A stretch of DNA of 64,000 bases from Lama glama (taxonomy: Eukaryota), in NCBI GenBank assembly GCA_028534125.1, contig CM052816.1:25112001-25176000 (forward strand). Reading direction: 5' to 3'. Positions within the stretch are counted from its first letter, which is position 1. Each line of letters starts with the position of its first letter. Shown one piece after another: positions 38,880 to 52,015 of the stretch. Below the pieces are notes generated by a model. The model was not told where the DNA came from. It worked only from the letters and a program-made list of their open reading frames with translations, and made no database searches. The position numbers and the translations under genes were made by a program.

Positions 38880-40810
38880 GTTCCTCTACTACCTCTTGGC
38901 CAACAGGTTTATAACTTGGATTGAGTTAATGCTTAATCCAACTAGGGTCATGTGAGTCTAATAAGGAATAAAAGGGACAGTACCCCAAAGCAGCTGTAAG
39001 AAGTAGCCAGCATGTATTGGAAAGGACTAAAATCTGCAAATCTTTGGTTAAGGAGACCAGATTGTAAAATTGGATAGGGGAGAGTTTATTTGGGAGCACT
39101 TTCCTGAGATACATAGGATATAAATATCCTGAGAAAGATTTCAGGAAATGCATGAACTAGTGACTAGGATGGTTCCTAATAGCATAGAGAAATGCTGCCT
39201 ACACTCAAGTGCCATTACTTGTCAGAACTTTCTTGACAGATGGTGAAGAATGAAATGGAATGACTCACAACAGTGGGCATACTAAAGCAGATGTGGCATG
39301 TAAGGCTAGAAGACCTATCAGCTGATTGTGTTCCGTGGGAAAGCCATAAGGAATGTACTTGTGAGAGAAGCACAAACATCGATAGAAAGCTCAATGGTGG
39401 CTCTCCTGTTAGCCAGTACTGATGGTAGGACAAGGTATTATAGAACAGATAGGACCCTGAAACAGTAAAGGCCAAGTGGCAATTCTTATATGTAGGCAGC
39501 CACATGGATGCAGTCATCATAATGAGTTGCAAGGTTGGAGTGACAAGACTAGGGGACCTGACTTGTAGAGAATTATGGGGATGCAATAAAGCATCCATAG
39601 AGGCAAAATATTTGTGTAGCCAACATGGGCACCACTCACCTTGAGCCATCAAAAGAAAGCAAAGTTGGATGATGCAGAGGCTGAGGGCTCTTGCCCTTAT
39701 GAAGAATCATGACCCTCCTTCCAGTTACTGAATCAAGCCAGTTTTCAGTCAGGAAACCTGAGAAGGAATGTTATAACCCTACAGCAAGTATACACTGTGG
39801 TAATCCTCTCTTAAAGAGACCTACATGGATTTGCTAGGGTAGCTGTACACTGAGTAAAGGGAAATACCCAAGTGTGTCTAGGAGTGCTGGGCTTAGTATC
39901 TAAGTTGTGACTAATACCCTAGGAAGCAAAGTCATCATGGCTGCCCTTTTAGAGTGGAGGAATTTAGGGATCATAAAATGAAAGGAATCTTGACCAACAT
40001 TTGGCTTATGGTGGGTTTATTGGGCTAGCTAAACCATCCAGTGGTCATTTCCCTGGTCCTCAAATGTTCAGTTGGATTGACATATGTCATAGTTGGCTTA
40101 GCCCCTACATTGAGTCCTTGACCTGTGGTTTATGAGCTTTCATATTGGGGAAGTTCAAATAGAAGACTGAAACTTCACATCCTTCCCCCGTCAAAATGGT
40201 AAATCAAAAGCAAGCATCCCAGAGTGAGAGAATGGATGAAAATAGTGCTACCCTTAAGGATCTAAAGCCGTGCTGTCTGATAGGACTTTCTATAATGATG
40301 GAAATGGTTATCAAGCACTTGAAATATGGCTATTGTGAGGAAGTGAATGTGTAATTTTATTTAATCTAGATATTACATGTACCTCATGGCTACCTTATTA
40401 GACAACATAGATCTAAAGGGTGGAGGTCCCTATTTTTTTCCGTTTAATTCTGCAGAGACTTGGCCTTGGCAGAAACCTGTTGAATGCTAAAGGATGACAG
40501 TAAGCTACTGAGAACTCAACTAGTCAGTATCCTTGATTGCAGCTGCCATTTCAGATTTATTTTTCTAGAGCCATTAAAATGGCCTCAGGTCCAAAGTTGA
40601 GGCTAATAATTTCATGAATACTTTTACCTGTTCCAACAGGAAAGTAGGATTACAATTTGTATTCACATGGAAAAGGGAACAATACACAATTACAGATTTG
40701 TTTCAGGGCTTTGTTAACTCTCCTGTCCTCTGATATAACATAATCCAAAGAGGTTGGGACTGCCTGGATATTCTGCAGAATGTACTGATCATTAGATTGA
40801 TGATAAACAA
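38880..40810 (+). mobile_element. Decayed ERVL internal region (gag, pro, 5' RT)
   Basis: Degenerate motifs KLDRGEFI (gag), KGNTQ..LIP (protease), PFNS, IAAA, FTW..QYT..QGFVNSP and IDD (RT); many stops. Confidence 0.8.
40268..40410. mobile_element. hAT-Charlie MITE (MER3-like) inside ERVL pol
   Basis: Perfect 8-bp TSD ATCTAAAG at 40260-40267 and 40411-40418; GTGCTGTC..ATAGGACTTTCT..TGATGGAAATG. Confidence 0.85.
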
Positions 40811-42759
40811 GATAAATCTGCATTCAGTGAATCTCCCCCAAGAGTTGCTATCAGAGAATCTAAAACTGGCATTGAGTCTATGGAGCTTGCGACATGAGTG
40901 TTTTGTTGTCTTTTTACTAAAAAATGTTTACATGAATACCAAAATTGGTCCATGACTTCCTTTCCTTGTGTTCTTCCACCTGGCATCAAGGTTCTGGGAG
41001 AGGAGGCTTATAGCACTTACCTCTCTCTGGCTGCTGAAGACTCCCTATTTGCCAAAATATGAACAAGTTGGCTTTCATTAGTTTTCAACAAACTATTTAT
41101 ATCCAGGCTGCTTGGATGTGCTACTTCAATAAGAAATGTTATCTCCACTTCTGGAATATTTTTCATAAAAACCAAGACTGGTAATTTAGAATCAGAGCAC
41201 TCTTTCCTTTGGATAATGATTCATTTGTACTATTTAGTGCCTTTTTAGGGTTACTAATTAGACATCAGAACCTTTTTTGTTATTAACATACTGTATATTT
41301 TATTATATGCCATAAATATAAAGTTTATATTATGTGTTTAACATTTAATGATTCCATAATCATATTTTCTAAAAGAAATAAAATCTTCCTTTACAACATA
41401 TTTCTGAATATTACCTTGGTTGGTGACATCCTTGGAAGTTTCCTTAGGTGACAGATCTCATCTACTTTGTGAAATTTGGGGATCCCAATCAATGGAGGCT
41501 ATATGAGTATCAGTGTTTTGTATATCTCTAATTTTTATTCATTAGGTCAGTAGTGATTCCATTTGCTAGTTCACAATATATGTGTTAAAAACAGTAGTTG
41601 ATTGAACTGTAAGGTAAGGTTACTTTTTCATGCTTCATCTGCATTCAGTCTGTCTAAAACATCAGTAGTATCTCTTGGTTTCGTTATACTCAAAATCTCT
41701 GAAAATGTTGTATTTTTAGCTACTGTTGATACTAACCAGTTTCTCTTTCTAAAATGACCTTGTGAAACCCATTGTTATGTACGCATTCTGTGACTGAGAT
41801 TCTGGTACAGGATGGAGCGGGTTGATGGCTGAAGTTTGAGCAGACTCCGCTGGTTATTACAGCTGTGGGTCACAGCATGCTACATCAGACCAAATGTTCA
41901 GTTTGTAGACGCTGCTGAAATCTTTCACTGACAGAAGTCCCGTTGGCTTTGAACAAAAGATATCCAAGTGTCTCTTCAGTGAGCATGCTAGAGAGTTGAA
42001 CAAAAACCCAGCACCCGACATTCCTATGACTGCAGAAAGTGGAGTTATAACTAAAGTTTAAATTGGAAGGTTAAAGCTTGTGCACCAATGTAGTGGTCAT
42101 ATCAGATAAGACTATGCTCCTTCTTTTCAGAAACTTCAGACTACTAAATATCTGTGTAGAGTAGAATGAGAATTGATCAGCTAGAATGAAATGCTATTGC
42201 TATATAGTTTTAGACAAGCTGGTCTGAAGTCCTCAAACCAAATATCATTCAAAGAATACAGCAATTGTCTCTTCTCAATACATAAATTCTAAAATGTTCC
42301 TTTTATAGCCATTTTAATAGACATGCATGAAATGACACCTTTAAGAGAAATTTTGTATATCAAGCCTAATTTTACTAACTCTTTCTAAGTATAAAGTTAG
42401 AGAATGATTCTGAAAGCAGTCTTCTAGAATTGTGGGCTTGAAAGTGAAAGGGCAGGCAGAAATACAAACAAGGCAATGGTAGTCTTTTTACTTCCCTTTC
42501 ATTCTTTAACTGGTGTTCTTTTGGGCATCACAGCATCCTTTTCATTGCATCTATTTTGCTACCTCCATCAAAGAGAGGAGAAAATGTGAACTGAGAGACC
42601 TTAGGAACAGTATTGGGATGAGTAGAGAAGCTTACATTTCCCCAGAGGGAAATGTCAAAGGAAACAAACATCTTTCTATATAATTCTCTTTCTCTGTGCT
42701 GCTCTTGGGAACCTTATTGTCATAATTTCATTTTCAACCCACAGGCTTATGATTCTCAA

Positions 42760-44865
42760 TATCTTAGCCATGTTATTGCTAATAACTGATGCCCCCACAG
42801 TCTCAGTTTCAAGTACCTACCCTTGATGAGTGAACGCCTTCCATCTTTCCAGCTCTCTTTCTCCCTCTCTCTCTCTAGGGTACCCCAACTCTGACAAGCG
42901 TTCTTCCTCACCAGTCCTGACAACCTATGATTCTATCATCTTTTCCATATCCCATGCCTAGCTCATAGCCAGCTTGAATACCACAATCATTTAAACTGCT
43001 TCCTTGCAGACATGTACAATTCCATTTTCTGTATTTTGATTCATCATAATCTCTCAGTAAACCTCAACCCTAAGTAAATAAACTGCGCTTGGACACCTAG
43101 CCATGACTGGAGAACCATGTTGCCTGACTTCACTGCAAATCCATGATCGTTAACTCCAAAGTGGATTCTTAATGATGCCCAGCTGTCATATGATATTTCC
43201 ATAGTCCATTCACTCACCTACTATCATAGACAAATAATTCTTATAATTTGGTCTCACCTGAAACATCTAACACATCCTCCTCGATTCTTACTCACAGCTG
43301 AGGATCTCATTTCCTATTTCATTAAAAAAATGGAAGCAGTTATAAGAGAACTTCCGTAAATTCCATCCTCACATCTACCACTTTCCTACCAGAATCTGCA
43401 TCTGTTTATTCAGCCTTTCTTCATACTATGGTAGACTGAATAGTTTTGCTCTTGTCTAATGCCAGGCACTCCACTTGGATTCACACTCATCTCTCTTTCT
43501 CCTTTCTCTCTACACCCATCATTCCTATTCATGGAAGAACAAACCATTATTTCTCTCATCTTTTAAATCTTCTTTTCTTGACCTCACTTGAGCAAATGTG
43601 GAATTCACTCAAGGGTGGACCACCCTCCCACCGAACTTCACCTGTCACTCCATGTCTCTGTTTCTCTTTATAAAAATTAATTTTATATATCTAATTGAAA
43701 TAGTTCTCTATGCTGAGCCTCTCCAATTCTCCTTTTCCATTTATCTCTTAAATCCAGTCCAGTCTGGCTTTTACCCACATCTGATGAACAGAAATGCTCT
43801 TACATTTGATAGTTTATCTTTCTGTCCTACTTGACAGACATTTTTTTTTGGCTTCTAGGCAACATATGCTCTTGGATTTCCACCCCTCACCCCCACCCCT
43901 ACTAGCCCCTTTCTCCTGGTATCATTTAAAACTTTTTGTGTTGCATGCTGAATTCCTTTTCTCTCTTCACAAATATGCTCTATCTGCTCAACTCCAACTC
44001 AATAAATTGCCACTCCTTCCTTTTGGTTGCCCAGGCCAAAAACCTTGCAGTCATTCTTGACTTCTATCCTGCTTTTACTTCCCACATGTATTTCCTTAGC
44101 AAATCCTATTGCTTCTGACTTCAAAAAACATCCACAATCTCTGTTTCTATTGACCTAAGCTATCATCACGTCCTGCCTATATTATTGCAACAGCCTCCTC
44201 ACTCATTTCCCTGCTTCTGTCCTTGTCGCTTTTCTCTTTTCTCTTCTGTCCCTGTCTCTTTTCTCAACACCATAGCCAGTATGTCTTTTAAAGTGAAAGT
44301 CAGTCATTCTTCTGCTCATAATCATCCAATCTATACGAAAAATCCTTAAAACAGCCTGTGAGATCCTACATGATCTGGATCTTTTTCCTCTTTGACCTCA
44401 TCTCCTAGCTTTTGTCCTCTATTCCACTTTTCTTTGGCTATACTGGCCTCCTTCCTGTTCCTTGAATCTACTATATACATACCTGTTCCAGGGCCTTTTG
44501 CACTGACTGTTTCCTCTGCCTACTTCTTCGTATACCTATATAGCTTTCCTCCTAACTCTTTAAGTCTTTGCTCAGAAGTCATGTTCTCAGTGAGACTACC
44601 TTGACCACACCCTCTTTAATACCACGTGTGTCTTCCACCACTACTCCCCAACACTGGTAAACTTGACCAGGTCTCCTTTCTTTTGTGTGTGCATGTTATC
44701 TTCTATTTTACTTATGTCTATTTTCTATCTCCATCTATTAATAGGTAAGTTCCATGAAGGCATGGATTTTTTTTCTATTTAGACCTTTAGCATTTTAGCA
44801 TCTAGATTGCTACTTAGAGCATGGTACATACTTGGCAAGTAATTGTTAAATGAATTAGTAAATGA
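42760..44865 (+). mobile_element. L2 LINE (L2a-like), ~2.1 kb
   Basis: CCAGTCTGGCTTT, CCAGGCCAAAAACCTTG..GTCATTCTTGAC, CAGGGCCTTTTGCACT and 3' tail GTTAAATGAAT. Confidence 0.8.
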
Positions 44866-45109
44866 GATCCAGAGACTTTCCCTCAAACATATATTTATCA
44901 ACTGCACTTATCCTGCCAGGTACCTTGGCTCTATACAAAACTGCACAAAACTACTGTCTACTAAGTAATCTAAGAGAGTGGTCCTTTCCCTCACTGAGTT
45001 CAAAATACTTACAATATAAAATACATCATAAAATATTTACTTTTAAATGTTTTTCAGACATCTGATATGGCACTTACTACTTTAGACTCTATGTATATTT
45101 AATTTAAAA

Positions 45110-46420
45110 TTTTTATAACTGAATTATTTAACCCAAAAATGTTATGACAAATTCTCATGTACTTTTCCCCACAGATTTAAGAGATGTTCTCATTTTTACA
45201 TTTTTGCTTCATAAAATGGTAGTCTCACCCATATTTCTACATTCTCGTTTTTATCCCCTCTCTCCCCAGTGATAACTACTGTTATAAATTTAGAGAATTT
45301 TGTACTCAAACAGGATTATATACTCCATATATATGGCCATAAAAATATATAGTATTTGTTTACAGTTACAGTTTCTCTTGAATACTGTCATACTGTACAT
45401 AGTCTTTGATGAATTACTCTGTTCTTTTATTGTTGTGTTTTGAGTTTATCTGTCCTGATATGTTTTAATTACTTCAAGTATTCACTCATTTCTTCATCAG
45501 TGAACAGTGTGTTCTCTACAGTTTTCACTCAGAACATGTGCTAAAATGATCCTACTTGCATTTGATTCATTGTGTACTTTTGTTGGCTTTTCCATGATGA
45601 ATATACTACAAGTGGATATGGTTAATCTATCTTTAATTCAATAGATATTGTCAAATTTCTCCCAGATATAGCCATACATTCCTATTACAGTCAGACACAC
45701 ATCAATATGAAATGATATCTACTTGTTTTAATTTGTAGTCAGAATCAGTGAGGATTCTTCATGATTATTGGTATATCCAGGTTTCCTCTTCTATAAATTA
45801 TCTTTTCATGTAATTCCTGTTTTTCTATTGTATTTTTTATAATGATTTATAGGATTTGTTTATATATTCTGTATACTAGCTCTAAGTCAGCTAGGTTGAA
45901 GATAACTTTCTCCAGCATATGACTTGTCTTTCAACTTGGTTCATAGTGTCATAAAGAATGTTTTAATTGTAATTTTTAATGTCAAATGACAGTCTTGTGT
46001 ATGGATTTGTGCTTTACATGTCTTGTTTAAGAGATCTTTTCTTTGCTGATATAATGAAAATGTTTTACTCTAAAAGTTTTGCTTGTTAGCATTAAGCTTT
46101 TAACCCTCTGTCATTTGTGTATGTATTTGTAGCATGATTTAGTTATGGCTTTATTTTATTCCAGCATCACTTAATTAATTGTCCATTTTTTCCAAAGTGA
46201 TTCGTGATGCCACTTCTTCCATGTATCACATTTTGATACATGATACATATGTGTCTTTTTCTTGGATCTTAGTTCAGTTCCATCTCAATTTTCCATATCC
46301 TGCTTAGTTGACTGGTATAGCTTAATGATTTTAATTATGAGAAAGATGTCTTCCATGCTTTTCCTTCTTCAAAATTATCTTTACCATTCCATTTACTCTT
46401 TGATTCACTCTGATCTGGCT
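45110..46420 (-). mobile_element. Old L1 (L1ME-like) 3' part
   Basis: T-rich decayed L1 antisense sequence (TTCCAGCATCACTTAATTAA, TTTGTTTATATATTCTG). Confidence 0.65.
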
Positions 46421-49400
46421 TCTTTGGCTACCATTTTGTTAAACCCATTTTTACAATGATCATGAAGAAACCCCTAATAGATAATGTGGATGCTTCTTAC
46501 ATTTCTTAATTGAATTCCCTGCCAACACTGAATACAAATTAGCTGCTCTCTTCTTAAAAAACCTCTTATCAGGTGTTCAAGGCCCTCGACGAGCTGAGTC
46601 CCAGATTCTGGTCTCTCCTCATCTTCTGTCTTCTCTAGCACATCGCCCATGTTGCAGCCCTAATATTGCTGTCACAATGCACTTCTATTCATTTGTTCCT
46701 TTGAAACTTTTTCTTAAGAAACAGGGTTCCCTATCCAGCCTAGGGAAAATATAACACACAACAGCAAATCCTTCCCAAAGAGTCTTCAAAATGAATTTTA
46801 AAGTAAAAATGAATAAATAACAAAATTGTATCATAGCTAGTTACAAAAACATTAATTTCTTTCCTTGAGAGGTTGTGAAAAACTTGAGAGCAAAACCCAC
46901 ATAGTTTTGCTTTGGTTTTCTTAACATAGTACAGTGTAATGTGAACATTCTTTCATCTGTTCACTCATACAACTAATGCTTACTGAGATCTTCTGTGTAC
47001 TAAATATTTTTCTATGAACTTGAGATACATCAGTGTACAAATAGACAAAAATTCTGGTTCAAAATCAGTGGAAAATCTGAATTATATAGTCTATATCAGA
47101 TACTAAACATAATTTTCCTATCTTCTTTGCATATGAAGCATAGTATCTGTATTTACAAAGCAATTATCATTGAAAATGTTTTAAGAGTTTTTTCAGACAG
47201 CAGTAGTTCTGAAGTTAAATTTAGAAAAATTCAGCATTAAAAAAAGTAGGTAAACACAAGTGATAATAGAAATTGTAAGGGCATTGGGAAACTCAGTTGT
47301 GTGTAAACTTGCTTCCTATAGCAAGTACGTGTATTATTTGAAACTGCTTTTCATATGTCTACTTCTATGGCTCACTGATCAGCCTAATAATGTTCAAATG
47401 AAAAATGTGTGAAACCAAAATCATCGGATATGGGTTTATATTTGTAAGCTCCACAAGGAATATGCATTAAGCAAGTATAGGACTGTGGCCTAAAAGTGCT
47501 AAAAATTGCTTTTCTTTGTCCTAAACTTAACTTTGAAACTATCTTTGGGGAAAATAATTAAACTGTACTTTATAAATACATTTTTCTGTTTGTTTATGAA
47601 AACTAACAATTGTTTGGTCAAGCAATGTCTGAAAACACTTTTATCTCTTCCATTCAGTAATTGCTGGACCAGGAAAGACCTTCACACAGGTCACGTTATT
47701 GCTTAATTAATTTAGCATTAAAGCATGACAGGGTGTGTTTTAGTGTCTATTAATGCACGCCTTGGGTGCCTTCAACTGCTTGAGACATGTATTAATAGTC
47801 CAGTAAAGCATGCCCTAGAGTCACCTAGTGTCATTATAAAATGATTACTTAATTTGGAATTTTATTTTTAAACCTTATTTTCCAATGAATTTATGCTCTG
47901 TGTTCTTCTCCTGTATGAAATAGTTTTTTTTTCCCAGTTAGAGTTTCCAAATTAATTTGCCATATGAGGGGTGAAAAGTCAGCAGGACCATTTAGCTTCT
48001 GTGGTGTGAATGTATTATGTATTTATAAACTTCCTACATACATACAAACAGAACAGTAAAGTAAGGCTTTGTCTGCTACATTTGTTTTTAGAAGATTTGT
48101 CTGATGCGTAGAAGAAGAATCTTCTCTTCAGTAGAACTGAGTTTTCTGTCACCAATAAATAACATCTGCCAACTCTGTTACCCCTCACCTCCATGATACA
48201 CATATAAATGATCCACTGTCTAGCACTTTCCTTCTTCTCTCTAAAATGTTACTTTCCATTGAATAATGAAGTATGGTACAACCTAAATAATGAAGTGAAA
48301 GCATATGAGGGGGTACTGGATAACTCAAAATACCCCAAGCCGCCATATCTCACCAATATTAGAAGCAGCAGCAACCTCTTGCCCTCCTCCCTCCCCCACC
48401 TTGTTTAGGCTGTCTTTTTTTGTGTGCTGGAAACCCTTACATTGACCTTACTCAGAGTCAGCACCTTGGAAGAGGAAACTAATACTTCTCAGTTCACACC
48501 TCCATCCATCCTCATTGCCTCCAGACCTAAATCAAAAGTCAGATCACACTGAATGCTCTAGAGAGATTGTAATTATAATGCCAAATACAGTGTCAAGCTT
48601 GGGAGAAGATGGCTTACACACCAAAATAATTGTGAGATTTCTCTTCTGCATATCAGTAAAAATTTGGAAAAAGTATGTGAGGAGAGGTGCTGAGGGGGTG
48701 AGGTGGGGGAAGGAGGAACATGATTTCTGTCAGTCTGAATGAAGTTTTTGGCAAGTACACATAAAATAGATTATGGAATCAGTGTCCTGGCTCGAGTGTG
48801 TGGAACTGGTTTGCTCAGAAGATGCCTGGGAGAAGAATTCCATCACCCCATTTAACTCACATAAACCTATACAGAGGACTCATGGGTCTGGAACAAGGAC
48901 AATGATTACTGTAGGTTTAATTAGGTAACATCTTCCATTGCAGCTGTTGCTGCGTATATGTGCAAATCAGCTGGTAACTGTTATGCAACTATTGAGCTGG
49001 CAAATGCTTTTTTTTGCTTTGTTGTATCAATAAGCAAAGAGCATCAGAAGCCATTTGCTTTTACCTGACAGACTGCTATTTACCTTCATCAATTTGCATC
49101 AAGACTGCCACAGACACACTGATATGTTTATAAGAGCTAGAGAGTACTGTGTATTCTAGAAGTCACGAAAGATAACATGACTGCTGGAGACTAGAAAAAT
49201 AAATTCTGTTAAAATATAGGGTTCTGGGATCTCAGTGTTGTTTCTGGACTCTATCCATCTGAAGCATGTCAAAATAGTCTTTTTAAAGTGAAAGTTAGTT
49301 GCTATATCTTACACCTCCTACCTTTAAAACAAACATACAAAAGAACCCTTGGTAGACCTTTTTGTTGTTTGGGAACAACATATACTCGATAGATGAACAG

Positions 49401-49734
49401 AGGTTCAAAAAGGCCTCCTGCTGGTCAAGTCCAGGAGGCAGCAACAAGGGCACCATCTCTTCTGAACCAGGGTACCCTATGGTGCAGGATGGTTGGTAGC
49501 AGGTTAGGAAGCTGTCTGAACTGGTGGAAAGATACAACAGTAAATTACGGAAAGACCGTAGGATTTTGGAGCAAAGCTATGCCTCTCCATCTAATGGCTC
49601 TTTTCCTTTTAAGAAACAACTCTCAGTTTTACCCTGGACACATGTATGGTATGAATGCCTGGTTGGTCACCAGGCAGCCTCTGACCATGTGACCTGAGCT
49701 GTCCATTTTGAACTTCCTAAGAAGCAATAAAATC

Positions 49735-49865
49735 AGAATAATAATCACTTTATTATTAATTATATTATAATTCTTAATTAAATATAATTATAGATAATTA
49801 TAATTATAATTTTATATATATATATACACATACATATATATATGTGTATATATATATATATATTT
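49735..49865. repeat. AT-rich low-complexity tract with (TA)n
   Basis: Seen directly. Confidence 0.9.
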
Positions 49866-50592
49866 ACTCCAGCTAGGCACAGTTCTCTCTCATATTACCA
49901 TTCCTGCTCCAACCAACATCTTTGACTTCATGGGGAGTTTCACTGTCCTGAAGGGGATGTTATTTAAACTTGGATAATGGAACATGTACTGTATGCTCAC
50001 ATCAACCAGAAGTAGGTTGTTGTGATTTTTGTAGCTATGGAGGCCTAAAGAACACTGGATAGTGTCATCCTCCCCACGGTCATAATTCCCAAGTGGTACA
50101 TGTCATTGTTTGGCAAACAGATGTCTAAAGCTGTCCATCTTCACTGAAACAGAAGCAGCAACTAACTGTAATTGTGGAAGGAGTAAGATTTTGGGTAAGA
50201 GAGATGCTGATGTTTAGTGACAAAGAAGATTCGGTAAGAGTTGTCTGGATGAACTTCTTGGAGTTTGAAATGTGTGTTGTCCATGTGAGTGGTCATAATG
50301 AGGCTCTGGTATGGAAGATACTTTCAACACTCTGGTAGGTAATATGAACTACTGAATGGATGTCAGTCATCCTCCTTCCCTGGCAAGGAAGCCACCTCAG
50401 TGCTTTTGCACAGGAGTCATGAACAATGTGCCCATTGCATGAAGAATAAAATTTTGCATGAGCTCACTGAAAGATGTATACTGTCACCAAGGCCAGTCTA
50501 ATCCATCATTCACAGGCAACCAGATTGTTAGCAACAATGACCAATATGGGAAATGGTTCAATACCTTAGCTGAGTCAGCCAGCCATATAATG

Positions 50593-50717
50593 GCAGGGGA
50601 GGTAATTAGGTTTATTTATTTATTCATTTATTTTTGGAGGAGTTACTGGGGATTGAACCCAGGACCGCGTGCATGCTAAACATGCACTGTACCACTTGAG
50701 CTATACCCTCCCCTCTT
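50593..50717 (-). mobile_element. tRNA-Ala-derived camelid SINE (Vic-1 type)
   Basis: Minus strand GGGGAGGGTATAGCTCAAGTGG (box A)..GGTTCAATCCCCAG (box B)..AATAAACCTAATTACCTCCCC; perfect 16-bp TSD AGCCAGCCATATAATG at 50577-50592 and 50718-50733. Confidence 0.9.
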
Positions 50718-51865
50718 AGCCAGCCATATAATGATAGTTCAAATATATGCTTCTTATTCTGGAAAGGATACCATCTCTATTTAGAGTCCCTTTACTTGTC
50801 TACCATGATTTTCTACCAAAGACCCCACTTTTGAATTTATGAAATGCCTTTTTTATCATCATATATGAAGTATCTGGCCTTGTGAAAGGATGATAGGTCT
50901 ATTGAAGCCTTAATTGCTGCAATTGCTGGAGGTCCTTGTGACATTGGGAGATGTGCCATAGAATTTGGTATAGAACAAACCAGTGGCTAGTATTTTGTGA
51001 TCGTTCTCCCGTGGCCAGAATATGTGAGTCTGAGCAATAAGGAGACAGAAGTGAGAGTGGCTTTTTCACTCCTGCAGTCCCTGATCTGCTTCCCAAATTT
51101 TTGCTCCACATCACCTTTTTCCTAAACTCTATGAATTTAGAGGTATTAGGACTCAATGTGTGAATACTTCCACCAGGGGACGTAACATTGGTTCCACTGA
51201 ATTAGAAGCTGAGATGCTCTTGGCCATTATTGGTACCACATGCCCCTGACTAAATCAGCAAAAAAAAAAGAGGCCCTCTCTGCTTACTGGGGTTATTTTT
51301 CCTAGTTATCCAGAGAAATAAGGATTGCTGCTAAACAATGGTAACAGAGAGGAATATCCCCTTGGGACAGGGACTGCCTCTTCTATAGAAGATTATATAA
51401 TATCCACTCAGGCAGACTCCTTTTAAGTGAAGTTTTGAATAACCTCACTAGGCAAAGAGCCCTGAATCAGCTGAGGCATTACTAAAGGAAGGCAAATGGT
51501 GTCTAGAATGGATAGTGGAAAAAGGAACTTACTAGTGCCAGCTGTAACCTTATAACAATTTCAGAAACAAAGGCTATTTTGTTTACTGATGTGATTTCCC
51601 TCACCTTCTCTTTTTTCCTTACTATCTTATGTCGGGTACATTAGTGATGATTAATATCACAATTTAGCTCTTTGCTTCAAGTCCATCATTATGTAGTGGT
51701 AGAACCAGAAGTAGAATGCTGGGTACATTAACTGAGAAGAATTTTGACTGCTCCTGTGTGAGGAAAGGAAGACTATACTTGTGTTAAGCAGTAGCATGTT
51801 GTAATTGGGATGTTTTAAGACTGAAAAAGGGAATATGTTAATATTGACAAAGCCAAAGCGTGGAC

Positions 51866-52015
51866 TATATTGTTGACATCTGGCCAGAACTGTCTGATAA
51901 CCCTTCCTTTGTTTGTACATTTCCTGCCCTGTAAGTACCATCTTCCCAAGTCTGAAGCCTGAAAACTGTCTTCCCCAGCTTCCTTGGGCACTGTGACCAA
52001 AGCCCTATCAGTCTT
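51866..52015 (+). mobile_element. 3' LTR fragment of the ERVL element
   Basis: Starts immediately after the PPT; AAAACTGTCTTCCCCAGCTTCCTTG..TGTGACC resembles old ERVL LTRs. Confidence 0.5.

Larger units (their letters stand above)
48760..51865 (+). mobile_element. Second decayed ERVL internal region (RT, RNase H, IN, dUTPase-like, PPT)
   Basis: Degenerate PFNS, LANAFF..SKEHQKPFAFT, GFWSKAMP and Y.REIGLLLNNG-like motifs; PPT-like AGCCAAAGCGTGGAC at 51851-51865. Confidence 0.75.

Noticed and set aside
39215..39652. 145-aa minus-strand ORF
   Set aside because: Antisense to decayed ERVL gag; the sense strand has multiple stops, so there is no sign of a domesticated gag.
50640..50712. tRNA-Ala(AGC)-like sequence
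   Set aside because: It has a SINE tail, a 16-bp TSD and stem mismatches, so it is a SINE head rather than a tRNA gene.
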